From Eledone cirrhosa (lineage: Eukaryota), in NCBI GenBank assembly GCA_964016885.1, contig OZ024764.1:11842001-11906000 (forward strand): DNA of 64,000 nt, in the 5' to 3' direction. This document shows positions 25,306 to 39,417 of the stretch, piece after piece. The notes under the pieces are model-generated. The model worked only from the letters and a program-made list of their open reading frames with translations, was not told where the DNA came from and did no database searches. A program made the translations under genes and the position numbers. Numbering within the stretch: the stretch's first letter is position 1; every line of letters begins with the position of its first letter.

Positions 25306-27194
25306 GATGAGGCTGTTTAAAATATATTTACCTTCATACCAGGAATAAATAAACAACACAATAAAGTATATGATACAATTGTTTTATTACAAACTTATTT
25401 CATTCTACAGAACACTTGTTGGCTGGACATCTGTAAAGAAGGAACACAAGAGAAGAATTAAACAATATTTCTCTTGTATTTAAATACATTTTTGTCAATA
25501 AAAACACATTGAATTCTATTTTACGAAGTTGTTATTTATTATTGATGTTCATAATTAATTGAAACAACAATAAAAGCTATTTATATGTATGTGTTACGTA
25601 CATATATCATTGTTTTAACGGGATATTGACCCCGGCTTGTCTGAATTGCGTTCTAACGAGGAGCAAGGCAAGAAGATCACATTTCACCCATCGACAAAGT
25701 CTAATGGGAGAGACAAGAAGATAAAACAGATGTTGAACAGCTGGACTTATTCGTAAAGATTGATTGCTAAGTGGGACTATTCGGGGCCGGCAGTGGAGCA
25801 AATCATACAATGAAGAGCAACAAACCTGGATTCAACAGCAATGAACTTATAGATGGGCTGGCCTCGTCTCAGAGACAATAGGTAAACTATTAGAATGATA
25901 GAGTAGAGACACCAACGTACTGGATGGAGGTATTTACCAACAAATGGTCCAGTGTCTGACAAAATAATCAACACTGTTCTTGGACTATTAAAACGAAAAC
26001 AAAACTTTAAAATGATTGGTTAGGACGCCAGTCTATGGCAGGGTTAAAACTCAAGATACTGCTGGTACTCAGACTCAGCTAAGTACACTGGAGCCACCTG
26101 GAATGAAGTGTTTTTCTCAAGATCACAACACGATCCAGGAATGGAACTCATCACATTATGATCGTAAGTCACTGTCACCACTATGGGAAGAAATAATGAA
26201 GTTTCCCATCATACACTGTGTATAGAATTAAATGTATGACATTACAAGACGGAATAAAATATTTCCCCCATCGACAAAGTCAAATGGGAGAAAGAGAGTT
26301 TAAAACATAGAGGTGAACAGCTGGACTTATTGTGTGTACCTCGGAGAGATTGCAAGAGGTGACAGCTTTTGGAAAGTCAACAGTCGAAACTACCACGTTC
26401 GATTGCTGTTAGTGAAGACAACCAGACAGTGATAGGGATAAATAGTCGACAGAAGGATTTGATAAAGACCAAGGAACTACCACAGGAAGAAGTAGGAACA
26501 ATGTTTAAACTACACTACTTATTAATAAAAATAATATGAATTAAATTGTATTATATTCGCAATGTATGAAACAGGTGAGTGTGTATCTCATTAAGAATAC
26601 GTTAACAAGAGAAGAACTAGGCAGGTGTAAATAGTAGATCATACGAAGGAGACTAAGAGGGAAAGATTTACAAAAATATCTCAACATAATATAAAAATCT
26701 ACGTTACCTTTCAGAAAGCTGCTATTGTCCATTGCTAAACCATTTAGCGAGAGTTTCTGTAAAGCTTGTAACATTCTACAAACTGACGGCCATCTTTTTT
26801 TTTCTTGTTTTGGATGGAGTTGAATGCGCAAGCGCGAAATTCACAAACATGGTGCGTATGTTTCAATTTTCATGGCCATGCTATAGCAGCATCTAAACAA
26901 CCTGGCCATGCAACGAAACCTGGCCATGCTACAGCACCATCTAAACAACCTGGCCTTGCTACAGCACCGTTTAAACAACCTGGCCATGCAACGCAACCTG
27001 GACATGCTACAGCACCGTCTAAACAACCTGGCCATGCAACAGCAACATCGAAACACCCTGGCCATGCTATAGCACCATCTAAACAGGCTGGCCATGTTTA
27101 CAGCACTAGAAGTTAATCTATAATTATGAACATACGTAATTCTCAGGGAGATTCAGTGTTATAAGACTGGCCATTTGAATTACAGTTGACAGAC

Positions 27195-29830
27195 TTCTAT
27201 ATAGTTTCTGTCAACCCAGTTTCACATGGGGTGTGATCGAACCTGGGACTTAATGATGGCGAAATAAACTCATAAGTTAGTCCATATCGATCTTAACAAA
27301 CACTGATCGACAGATAACCAATGATGGACATACAGAGGAAGAGAGTGATCGAGAAACTGAAATGAATTTACAACTGTTTTTGTTTTTACGGCCAGTATAA
27401 TTCAGCTGAACATGAGTACCAGTAATAGGTGGAGGGTTAACCCTGTGATGGACTGGCGGTCTGTCCAGGGGGGAGACTTGTATTCTCATTCGCTTTACGG
27501 GATATTTTACGAAAATATTTAGCACTGTTGAAGAATTGAATCAACAATTTACGGTCTTTGGTCTCAATCTTGAAAGAAACATTTAAATCCACCGAAATAT
27601 TTGCTGAAGACAACAGAGCTGCTACAGGGAAAACTAGGAAGAGTTTTAAAACAAAATACACTAAATATATTTCCTGTGAATAAAAAAGAAACATGTTGAA
27701 TTTTATTATTAAAAAACAAACACATAGGTTTTTCATTTTTTTTATTAAAATAACAATAGCTTAAATAAATATATTCTACATGTCACCACCATAGATGAAA
27801 CTTAAGGGTGAGTCTGGTTCCGGAGCTAGGGAGGATGGCAAGGGGGACATACTGAAACAGCCACTGCACCTCACGGGGCTCACACTAGTGGGTAGCTAAC
27901 TCCCCTCCGTTAACCGTGTGTGGGGGTATAGTCGGGAGGGGAGCAAGAACACTGGAAGTCTCCACTGCCAAACTCTCAATCACAAACATATCAAAGAGTG
28001 GCCGATACTTTGACAGTTTGCCCTCTTGGCATGAGGGGCAGCAAAGCCTGGGCTGGCCTCTTGGGAAAATGTCACAACTTACGGAGCGGGAAGGCTGTCA
28101 TGCCGTTAATTGATATCGATCTGTCAACACTGATCAATACTTCAGCTATGATTACGAGAATGACAGACATACAGGAGAGAAAATTTTAAAAAGAAGGTTT
28201 CCCTGCCATACATTTAATTATATACACAACAGTGTATGACAGTACCTGTAATTAAGGGAGAGGGTTGGTAGAAATAACTGCCTACAATCTCATGAAATAT
28301 CTCTGAGTAACTGGGTGGAACAGGACCAAAGTACTAAAGACTATAGCAGAGGAGGTGGAGACGAGTTCCGGCTGGATCTGGTAGAGGAAGAACAACAAAG
28401 GTGATCTCCATCCAGATTAAGTGACCCACACACAACAGGTTAACGATAGTCAGGTGGTTTTATTATTAAATTCCTTCACGGAGGTGGATTGGCAGTATCG
28501 GTAGAGCGGTTTCTGTCTGCCCAGTTTCACATGGGGTGTGATCGAACCTGGGACTTAATGATGGCGAAATAAACTCATAAGTTAGTCGATATCGATCTTT
28601 ACAAACACTGATCGACAGTTAACCAATGATGGACATACAGAGGAAGAGAGTGATCGAAAAACTGAAATGAATTTACAACTGTTTTTGTTTTTACGGCCAG
28701 TATAATTCAGCTGAACATGAGTACCAGTAATAGGTGGAGGGTTAACCCTGTGATGGACTGGCGGTCTGTCCAGGGGGGAGACTTGTATTCTCATTCGCTT
28801 TACGGGATAATATTTTACGAAAATATTTAACACTGTTGAAGAATTGAATCAACAATTTACGGTCTTTGGTCTCAATCTTGAAAGAAACATTTAAATCCAC
28901 CGAAATATTTGCTGAAGACAACAGAGCTGCTACAGGGAAAACTAGGAAGAGTTTTAAAACAAAATACACTAAATATATTTCCTGTGAATAAAAAAGAAAC
29001 ATGTTGAATTTTATTATTAAAAAACAAACACACAGGTTTTTCATTTTTTTTATTAAAATAACAATAGTGCTTAAATAAATATATTCTACATGTCACCATC
29101 ATAGATGAAACTTAAGGGTGAGTCTGTCTCCTGGTTCCAGAGCTAGGGAGGATGGCAAGGGGGACATACTGAAACAGCAACTGCACCTCACGGGGTTCAC
29201 ACTTGTGGGTAGCTAACTCCCCTCCGTTAACCGGGGATATAGTTGGGCGGGGGACAAGAACACTGGAAGTCTCCACTGCCAAAATCCCAATCACAAACAT
29301 ATCAAAGAGTGGCCGATACTTTGACAGTTTGCCCTCCTGGCATGAGGGGCAGCAAAGCATGGGCTGGCCTCTTGGGAAAATGTCATAACGTATGACATCG
29401 TAACCGAAGGGCCTACCCTTACGGAGCGGGAAGGCTGTCATGTCGTTAATCGATATCGATCTGTTAACACTGATCAATACTTCAGCTATGATTACGAGAA
29501 TGACAGACATACAGGAGAGAGAAAATTGTAAAAAGAAGGTTTCCCTGTCATATATTTAATTCTATACACAACAGTGTGTGACTGTACCTGTAATTAAGGG
29601 AGAGGGTTGGTAGAAATAACTGCCTACAATCTCATGAAATATCTCTGAGTAACTGGGTGGAACAGGACCAACGTACTAAAGACTATAGCAGAGGAGGTGG
29701 AGACGAGTTCCGGTTGGATCTGGTAGAGGAAGAACAACAAAGGTGATCTCCACCCAGATTAAGTGACCCACACACAACAGGTTAACGATAGCCAGGTGGT
29801 TTTATTATTAAATTCCTTCACGGAGGTGGA
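27195..29830 (+). repeat. ~1.3-kb tandem segmental duplication (27195-28505 and 28510-29830)
   Basis: Collinear near-identical copies; duplicated ORF-track peptides (27277/28582, 27437/28742). Confidence 0.92.
29140..29445 (-). mobile_element. CRE-like restriction-like endonuclease fragment (second copy at ~27825-28105)
   Basis: DMTAFPLRKGRPFGYDV...EGKLSKYRPLFDMFVIGILAVETSSVL...CEPREVQLLFQYVPLAIL, following the RLE pattern PDG.T..PW..GR.L.WD...E..K..KY..L..F.P.AVET.G. Confidence 0.7.
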
Positions 29831-30030
29831 TTGGCAGTATCGGTAGAGCGTCGGACAATATGTTTCACGGGACAGAGTTACGGTCTGAGTTCAAATCTCG
29901 TCGAGGTTAGCTTTGCCTTTCACCCTTACGCGGTCGATAAAGAAAGTACCAGTAATGTACTGAGGTTGATTTAATCGACTTCCCCCACACCCCAAATTAT
30001 TAGCCTTGTGCCTAAAGTAGAAATAATTAT
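29822..30030 (+). mobile_element. tRNA-derived SINE
   Basis: A-box-like tggcagtatcggtagagcg and B-box gagttcaaatct, then the conserved body gcctttcacccttacgcggtcgataaagaaagtaccag. Confidence 0.8.
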
Positions 30031-31125
30031 TCAACATTTTCCAATATTGAGGAACATGGGCTGTGTATTCCATTAGAAATACAGTACCCCGAGGGGTGGT
30101 GTCTGAGAAAAAAAAGGCTGTTCAAATGGTTGATGATATCTAAAGTCTGTCCCCAGCTCGGGGCTCATCACGCCGGTCCTTACCCCGGTTTCCATGGCAT
30201 AAAACATCTAAGACTACCCCCTGGACAGGGCGCCAGTCCGTCGCAGGGTTAACTCCCCCAGCTACAGCTGAGTATACTGGAGCAACGTGAAATAAAATGT
30301 TTTCTCAAGAACATCACCCAGTCCAGGAACGGAACCCACCTACCTCTAATGACGAATACACCAACATAAACTAAGCTTCCACGTTCTAATGGCCTCACCC
30401 ACCGAGTTATTTAAGACCAGTTTATATATAGCTGTTAGTGTATATGGAGGGGCAGTGTTGGTGAGGAATTAGACTCCCGACCCTTTTGACATCTGACAAA
30501 CATCATATCGGAAGCACCCCCCGTACAACGAACGTACCGAGGGTTAAAGTGCTTTAAAAACTGAAATTAATTTATAACACTTTTAGATAATATTTCACAA
30601 CAATTATCTAAGGCCAATATATATATATATATATATATATACCTCTCTCTCTCTATATATATATACATACCTATCTCCCTCTCTCTCTATATATATATAT
30701 ATATACATACCTATCTCCCTCTCTCTCTCTATATATATATACATATATACCTATCTCTCTCTCTCTCTATATATATATATATACCTATCTCTCTCTCTAT
30801 ATATATATATATATACACATACCTATCTCTCTCTCTCTATATATATACACATACCTATCTCTCTCTCTATATATATATATACTCATACATACCTATCTCT
30901 CTCTATATATATATATACATACCTATCTCTCTCTCTATACACACATATCTATCTATATATATACACACATATCTATATATATATACATACATATCTATAT
31001 ATATATACACACATATCTATATATATATATATACACACATATCTATATATATATACATACATATCTATATATATATATACATACATATCTATCTATATAT
31101 ATATACATATGCAAACATATCTATT

Positions 31126-31157
<32 letters not shown>

Positions 31158-32039
31158 CACACACATATAGTATACATTATATCAGGGTGTATAACAGCTC
31201 TTGGACCCGCTGGTAGAAGTGTTTTTGGAGTCTGCTTCCACGACCCTCTCTGGAATGTGGGCGGGTATGGAGTAATTGGTCTGTGAACCCTATCGTTAAA
31301 ACCCCCGGGAATACCTCACAGGAGAGACATACACCCTTAGAATCTGCTCCAGAATACAAAATTAATTTACAATAGATTCAGAAAATATTTAACACTGTTG
31401 AAGAATCGAATCAACAATTTACGGTCTTTGATCTCAATATTGAAAGAAACATTTAAATACATCGTAAATATTAGTTAAAGACAACAGAGCTGCTACAGGG
31501 AAAACTAGGAAGAGTTTTAAAAACCTACACTAAATATATTTCCTGTGAATAAAAAAGAAACATGTTGAAATTTATTATTAAATCCCTACATTTTATTGTT
31601 TATTTTCAACATGAATTGGAACACGTGGTCTGTGTATTTCATTAGAAATACGGAAGAGAAAGACTGTTAAAATGGTTGATTATGGAGGGAACTAAGGAGG
31701 AAAGATTTACCAAAATATCTCAACATAATATATAAATCTACGTTACCTTTCAGAAAACTGCAACTGTCTCTTTTGAAACCATTTTGCAAGAGTTTTTGTA
31801 GAGCTGGAAAAATTCTACAAAGTGACGGCCATTTTTTTTCTTCTTGGTTTGGATGGAATTGAATGCGCATGCGCGAAACTTAGAAAGACAAGTTCCAAGA
31901 ATCCAAGCCGTATAACGGGGCTCCGTCTAAACAACCAGGCCATGTTACATCGCTATCTTACAAGCTTGGCCAGGCCATGTTACATCGCTATCTTACAAGC
32001 TTGGCCAGGCCATGCTTCAACACAGCAAAAACAGACAGG

Positions 32040-32590
32040 CCACACTACAGCACAATCTACCTAAACAGTCTGGCCATGCTACAGCACAATCTTACAAGCC
32101 TGGTCATGCTACAGCATCACCATGCTACAACACCATCTAACAAACCTGGCCATGATACAGCATTATGTAAACAGCTTGGCCATGCTATATGATCACCATC
32201 TACCGAACCTGGTCATGCTGCAGCACCATTTAAACAGCCTGACCATGCTACAGCACCATCTACCGAACCTGGTCATGCTGCAGCACCATTTAAACAGCCT
32301 GACCATGCTACAGCACCATCTAATGAACCTGGTCATGCTGCAGCACCATTTAAACAGCCTGACCATGCTACAGCACCTTCTAATGAACCTGGTCATGCTG
32401 CAGCACCATCTAATGAACCTGGTCATGCTGCAGCACCATTTAAACAGCCTGACCATGATACAGCACCATTTAAACAGCCTGACCATGCTGCGGCACCACC
32501 GAACAAACCTGGCCATGATACAGCACCATTTAAACAGCCTGACCATGCTACGGCACCACCTAACAAACCTGGCCATGCTACAGCACTATT
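32040..32590 (+). repeat. 30-bp minisatellite (related copies at 5080-5260 inverted and 26870-27110)
   Basis: Unit cagcaccatttaaacagcctgaccatgcta; 10-aa periodicity in the spurious ORFs. Confidence 0.9.
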
Positions 32591-32904
32591 ACTGAGTGCA
32601 TCTATATCAGGACACCGGCACTAATGAGGTTGCCATGTCTTTGATACAGCAGGAGAGTCCTCCTGACCCCTTATTTGGAGGGATGCCCTTACAAAAACCA
32701 CTTTACTAAGTGATACCAACACCAGGGTGGTTGTCATGTATTTGATACAGTTGAAGGGTCCTCCTTCTTTCTGCTTTGGGCTCAAGGCCAACAACTTTTG
32801 GGGAGGGTAAAGTCGATTCAACTGACCCCCAATGCATTACTGTATATTTACCAGGCTGGTGCCTAGGTGTATTATTTACTGGGGCTAGCCTCTCAAGGTC
32901 CAAA

Positions 32905-33750
32905 CCCCAGTAAATAATTATTTCTACTTTTGGCACAAGGCCAGCAATTACCCCCAGTGTATTACTGGTACTTTATTTTATCTCATAACTGTTTCTACTT
33001 TTGGCACAAGGCCAGCAATTACCCCCAGTGTATTACTGGTACTTTATTTTATCTCATAACTGTTTCTACTTTAGGCACAAGGCCAGCAATTATCCCAGTG
33101 TATTACTGGTACTTTATTTTATCTCATAACTGTTTCTACTTTAGGCACAAGGCCAGCAATTATCCCAGTGTATTACTGGTACTTTATTTTATCTCATAAC
33201 TGTTTCTACTTTAGGCACAAGGCCAGCAATTATCCCAGTGTATTACTGGTACTTTATTTTATCTCATAACTGTTTCTACTTTTGTCACAAGGCCAGCAAT
33301 TATCCCAGTGTATTACTGGTACTTTATTTTATCTCATAACTGTTTCTACTTTTGGCACAAGGCCAGCAATTATCCCAGTGTATTACTGGTACTTTATTTT
33401 ATCTCATAACTGTTTCTACTTTTGGCACAAGGCCAGCAATTATCCCAGTGTATTACTGGTACTTTATTTTATCTCATAACTGTTTCTACTTTTGGCACAA
33501 GGCCAGCAATTACCCCCAGTGTATTACTGGTACTTTATTTTATCTCATAACTGTTTCTACTTTTGGCACAAGGCCAGCAATTATCCCAGTGTATTACTGG
33601 TACTTTATTTTATCTCATAACTGTTTCTACTTTTGGCACAAGGCCAGCAATTACCCCAGTGTATTACTGGTACTTTATTTTATCTCATAACTGTTTCTAC
33701 TTTTGGCACAAGGCCAGCAATTATCCCAGTGTATTACTGGTACTTTATTT
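32905..33750 (-). repeat. 70-bp tandem array (about 12 copies) from an internally deleted SINE 3' end
   Basis: Period 70 (33071, 33141, 33211); runs directly into an intact SINE body at 33750-33870. Confidence 0.92.
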
Positions 33751-34125
33751 TATCGACCCCGTAAGGATGAAAGGCAAAGTTAACCTCGGCGGGATTTGAA
33801 CTGACCGTAAAGGGACGTAACTCTATGCTAGAAAGCATGGCGTCCAACCCTCTACCGATACTGCCAAAAATGAAGGTTTCTACTATAGGCGCAAGGCCAG
33901 TAATTTGGGGGGGAGGGGAAAGTCGATCAAATCGACCCAGTACGTGACTGGTACTTTATTCTATCGACCCCGTAAGGATGAAAGGCAAAGTCAACCTCGG
34001 CGGGATTTGAACTCAACAACAACAGTAACAACAACAGTAATGGTTTCTTATATAGGCGCAGGGCCAGTAATTTTGGGGGAGGAGAAAGTCGATTAAATCG
34101 GCCCCCAGTGCATGACTGGTACTTT
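33750..34125 (-). mobile_element. tRNA-SINE fragments
   Basis: atcgaccccgtaaggatgaaaggcaaagt..acctcggcgggatttgaact is the reverse complement of the SINE body and B-box. Confidence 0.78.
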
Positions 34126-34609
34126 AACAGTAACAACAATAACATCAATTGTATTAATAACAACAATAACAACAACAATAAAAAATAACAAAATTAGTAT
34201 TAATAATAATAATGATTTTTTTTTTATTTGCCACAGGGGCCTTGGATGAAAGGGGACATTTACAAAGACATGTTACACAGTGTGGGGGTTTTACATAGAA
34301 ATTGGATGAGGTGTGGGGGGGGGGGGGGGTAGAATAACAAAAAAAAACAAAAAAACTGATGAGATAAAAAAGTGTATACATAGTATACATGATGATAAAC
34401 TGTCCTCCTTATAGGGGCCGACCGAGAAACCCCACATGTCCGCGATCGAGGCCCTAACCACCAAGGGCAGGTGCCCTCTCCCGATTTATCCTTCTCCGAC
34501 TTACAGGTTTTTTTTTTGTTGAGTGTAAACCCAGTCATGTATTGTTCTTGTTTGCACCATGTACACCCACCTTGTTTTTTTTTAAAAAAAAAAAGAAAAG
34601 AAATCACGG

Positions 34610-35310
34610 AACGACAGCACCTTCCTCTTCATCACATCTTCATCTCCCCTTTTTAAGTGACCCTTGAAAAGGTCAGAGAGAGCTTGATTAAATTGGTTTG
34701 TACTGGGGGTAGAATCCTTCACCCTTGCTCTTTTTGCACCACAGACACCCACCTATTTTTTTGTTTAAAGAAACCAGGGAACCTTTCTCTTCAACTCCCC
34801 TTTTTAAGTGGCCCTTGAAAAGGTCAGAGAGAGCTTGATTAAATTGGTTTGTACTAGGAGTAAAATTACCCCTTGTTCTTTTTCACACTTCAGACACCCA
34901 CCTCGTTTTTTTTAAAGAAACTAGGGAACCAGAGCACCTTTCTTTTTATCACACCCTTGACCTTTTTAGTGGCCTTTGAAAAGGTCAGAGAGCTTCATCA
35001 AATTGGTTTGTACTGGGGGTAGAATTCTTCACCCTTGCTCTTTTTCACTACAGACACCCACCTATTTTTATTTTAAATAAACCAGGAAACCTTTCTCTTC
35101 ATCTCCCCTTTTTTAGTGGCCCTTGAAAAGGTCAGAGAGAGAGCTTGATCAAATTGGTTTGTACTGGGTGTAGAACCCTTCACCCTTGCTCTTTTTTTAC
35201 ACCGACCTATCTTTATTTTAAAGAAACCAGGAAACCTTTCTCTTCATCTCCCCTTTTTTAGTGGCCCTTGAAAAGGTCAGAGAGAGAGCTTGATCAAATT
35301 GGTTTGTACT
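34610..35310 (-). repeat. ~150-bp tandem array (5 copies), probably from an L1/Tx1 ORF2 3' end
   Basis: aaaaggtcagagag..cttgat(t/c)aaattggtttgtact at ~34667, 34818, 34979, 35125 and 35271. It resembles the L1/Tx1 tail region at 47820-47900. Confidence 0.75.
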
Positions 35311-35609
35311 GAATCACCCCTTGTTATTTTTGTATCATAGATTCCCACCTTAAAAAACAAAGGTCCCTGGCAGTCACAATTTCCCTGACCCCCAAGGGTT
35401 GGGGACCTCTTCCAACTATGTTTTTTAAGCTTACAAGGTTCATACTGACAGTCGTAACTTTCAAGTGCACCACAAGCCCCCACGTTTTTATAGAAACCAC
35501 TGGAGAAGAGCCTTTCCCCTCTCTCAATCAAACCTCACCACATTAAAACATTGGGCCGCCATGACAGAGTGACTGTGTGTATGTCACCTCACCCTCCACC
35601 TCGCAGAAG

Positions 35610-35725
35610 TTCTGGTCTTGCTGATGGCTGCTACGTCTATGTCTAGTTACCTGAGGTCATTTATTAAGGGACCTTGTTTCCATGTCAACCTCAGGACATA
35701 TGTATCTATATTTGCTACATCAACC
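35610..35725 (-). mobile_element. L1/Tx1-type AP-endonuclease N-terminal fragment
   Basis: Reads ANIDTYVLRLTWKQGPLINDLR*LDIDVAAISKTR (APE N..GL....D...I.ET pattern, degenerate). Confidence 0.55.
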
Positions 35726-35769
35726 AATTCCATACCAAACTGTCCAGAGTTTCACAATAAAAATCAACT

Positions 35770-36495
35770 TCTTTTAAAGTGTTTATATTTGTGTAAAAAC
35801 CTTCCATCATAATTTTATGTAAGAACCTTTGTTAAGTTATGTTCCAAACACCAACAGTGTCTGTCATTAGAAATATGGTAATGAAAGGGTTAAAGTGTTT
35901 ATATTTATCTAAAAACCTTCCATCATAATTTTATGTAAGAACCTTTGTTAAGTTATGTTCCAAACACCAACAGTGTCTTTCATTAGAAATATGGTAACGA
36001 AAGGGTTAAAGTGTTTATATTGACGTAAAAACCTTCAATGAAAGTTTTATATAAGAACCTTTAAGTTATGTCCCAAATGCCACCCTAATAATAAGAAAAT
36101 TGATTATATCATTAAATCCCTTCGAATCCTTGATTATTTTTTTTAATTATAGGGCAGGAATATGGTAAGGAAAGGGTTAAAGTGTTAAATTTATATAAAA
36201 ACCTTCCATCGAAAATTTGTATGTAAGAACCTTTCTTAAGTTATGTTCCAAATGCCAAGTGCATTTCATTAGAAATATGATAACAAAAGGGTTAAAGTAT
36301 TTATATTTACCTAAAGAATTTCCATCATAATTTTATACAAGAACCTTTGTTAAGTTACATTCCAAATGGCAACCTAGTAATGAGAAAGTTACCTATATTA
36401 TTAAATCCCTAAAAAATTCTTGATATTTTCAATATTATTTCAAAATCATAGGGGACTGTTTTTTGGTAGAAATAGGGTAACGAAAGGGTTAATTG
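35770..36495 (+). repeat. Tandem array (about 5 copies, 120-185 bp) of a piggyBac-like MITE end
   Basis: Each unit ends gaaatatggtaacgaaagggTTAA, the reverse complement of a TTAA-CCCTTT terminus. Confidence 0.65.
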
Positions 36496-37094
36496 TAATT
36501 TGTCGAAGAAAAAGCCATGTGGAAGAGGTCACCAGGTAATCTTGGTCCTTGAGAGGGCTGGTATTGATCTAGTTTTCCCATAAGTTGAGGGCTTTAGGTG
36601 GGTTTATATGTGTGTGTGTGTGTATATATATATACGTATATATATATACACATATATATATACATATACATACATATATATACATATACATACATATATA
36701 TATATAGATACATAAATATATATATATATATATACACATATATACATACATATATACATGCATACATAAACATATATACATACATAAATATATATATATA
36801 CATACACATATATACATACATATATACATGCATACATAAACATATATATATACATACATACATACATATATACATGCATCAATACTTAGGGTAGTAGAGT
36901 CCAGAAATAGCTGTCAAAATGGCTTGAGCTCTGCCGTCGGGGTCTTACTTTTTCCTATATATATATATACACACACACTCAAAGGGCCTTCCTGGGACCT
37001 TTCTATGTTGTTTAATATCTAAGTGCCCCAGTGACCCCTAATTTGGGGGAAATATATTTTTGCTATTACTGTTTAGGTTATTGTGACTTCTGTT

Positions 37095-38780
37095 TTACCA
37101 GTGTTGATGTTGTTGTTGTTGTGGTGGTGGTGGTGGTGTGGTGGTGTGGTGGTGTGGTGTAGTGGTGGTGGTGGTGGTGGTTGGTGGTGTAGTGGTGGTG
37201 GTGGTGTAGTGGTGGTGGTGTGATGTTGTTGTTGTTGTAGTGGTGGTGCTGTGGTGGTGTGGTGGTGGTGGTGGTGGTGGTGGTGTAGTGGTGGTGTAGT
37301 GGTGGTGTGGTGGTGGTGTAGTGGTGCTGTGGTGGTGGTGGTGTAGTGGTGCTGTGGTGGTGGTGTGGTGGTGTGGTGTAGTGGTGGTGGTGGTGTGGTG
37401 GTGGTGTAGCGGTGGTGTGGTGGTGGTGTAGTGGTGCTGTGGTGGTGGTGGTGTAGTGGTGCTGTGGTGGTGGTGTGGTGGTGTGGTGTAGTGGTGGTGG
37501 TGGTGTGGTGGTGGTGTAGCGGTGGTGTGGTGGTGGTGTAGTGGTGCTGTGGTGGTGGTGGTGTAGTGGTGCTGTGGTGGTGGTGTGGTGGTGTGGTGGT
37601 GTGGTGTAGTGGTGGTGGTGGTGTGGTGGTGGTGTAGTGGTAGTGGTGTAGTGGTGGTGGTGTGGTGTTGTGGTTGGTGGTGGTGGTGGTGGTGTGGTGG
37701 TGTGGTGGTAGTGGTGTAGTGGTGGTGTTGTGGTTGGTGGTGGTGGTGGTGCTGTGGTGGTGGTGGTGGTGCTGTGGTGGTGGTGTAGTGGTGGTGGTGG
37801 TGTAGTGGTGGTGGTGGTGGTGGTGGTGTAGTGGTGGTGCTGTGGTGGTGGTGTAGTGGTGGTGGTGGTTGGTGGTTGGTGGTGCTGTGGTGGTGGTGTG
37901 GTGGTGGTGCTGTGGTGGTGGTGGTGGTGTAGTGGTGGTGGTGGTGTAGTGGTTGGTCGTGGTGGTGGTGTAGTGGTGGTGGTGTAGTGGTGGTTGGTGG
38001 TGGTGATGTGGTGGTTGGTGGTGTAGTGGTGGTTGGTGGTGGTGATGTGGTGGTTGGTGGTGTTGGTGTGGTGGTTGGTGGTGTAGTGGTGGTGGTGTTG
38101 TGGTGGTGGTGTGGTGTTGTGGTGGTGGTGTGGTTTAGTGGTTGGTGGTGGTGTGGTGTTAGTGGTGGTTGGTGGTGTGGTGGTGGTGATGGTGTTGTGG
38201 TGGTGGTGATGGTGTGGTGGTGGTGTTGGTGGTGGTGTAGTGGTAGTGGTGTGGTGGTGGTGATGTTGTGGTGGTGGTGTAGTGGTAGTGGTGTGGTGGT
38301 GGTGATGTTGTGGTGGTGGTGTTGGTGGTGGTGTAGTAGTAGTGGTGTGGTAGTGGTGTGGTGGTGGTGATGTTGTGGTGGTGGTGTTGGTGGTGGTGTA
38401 GAAGTAGTGGTGTGGTGGTGGTGATGTTGTGGTGGTGGTGTTGGTGGTGGTGTAGTGGTAGTGGTGTGGTGGTGGTGATGTTGTGGTGATGGTGTTGGTG
38501 GTGGTGTAGTGGTAGCGGTGTGGTGTTGTTGTTGTTGTGGTGGTGGTGGTGGTGGTGGTGGTGGTGGTGGTGGTGGTGTTGGTGGTGGTGGTGTTGTTGT
38601 TGTTGTTGGTGGTGGTGGTGTAGTAGTAGTGGTGTGGTGGTGGTGGTGGTGTAGTAGTAGTGGTGTGGTGGTGGTGGTGGTGTAGTAGTAGTGGTGTGGT
38701 GGTGGTGGTGGTGTAGTAGTAGTGGTGTGGTGGTGGTGATGTTGTGGTGGTGGTGGTGTTGTTGTTGTTGGTGGTGGTGT
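37095..38780. repeat. (GGT/GTA/GTT)n compound trinucleotide low-complexity tract
   Basis: Seen directly; source of the poly-H/T/P ORFs. Confidence 0.95.
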
Positions 38781-39300
38781 TGATACAAGAAGTGATGAGG
38801 AGGAGGCTGTCAGTGGAGGTGTGAGTGGCCGACATATCAGAGAGGTGGAGGGGGAGCAAAACACCCCCCCACCCTTCTTCCTCCTCCTCCCACTCTATAC
38901 AGCCGTCTCTTCCGTGATGATGGCGGCGGTGGTGGCGGAGTAGTTATGGTTGCTGATGATGCTGATGATGCTGTTGCTGCTTGTCTTGTTGTTGTTGCTG
39001 TTGTTGTTGCTGTTGTTGTTGTTGTTGTTGTTGTTGTTGGGCAAGTCTGGCTTGAAAAAACATTTCATTAAGAATTACCACTGCCGCTTCCACAGCTGCT
39101 GCTGCTGCTGCTGCTGTTGTTGTTGTTGTACTCAATGTCGTTGTTGTTGTTGTTGTTGTTGATGCTGCTGTTGTTGTTGTTGTTACTGTTGTTTTTGTCG
39201 GTGCTGCTGCTGTAAATAATAACAACAACAACAACAATAATAAGATTAATGGTAATAATTATCATTGCATTTTATTTGCCGCGGGGGCCAACAATGGTAA

Positions 39301-39371
<71 letters not shown>

Positions 39372-39377
39372 ATATAC

Positions 39378-39417
<40 letters not shown>

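Noticed and set aside
32122-32595. 157-aa periodic ORF (MLQHHLNSLT)n
   Set aside because: A 30-bp minisatellite open on both strands, with related copies in both orientations.
35530-35760. Candidate site for the missing UNC5 death-domain exon
   Set aside because: It translates as a degenerate L1/Tx1 AP-endonuclease start with a stop, not a death domain.
37078-38864. ~590-aa His/Thr/Pro-rich ORFs (also 49191-50435 outside the real exon)
   Set aside because: Translations of (GGT/GTA)n low-complexity DNA, open in several frames.
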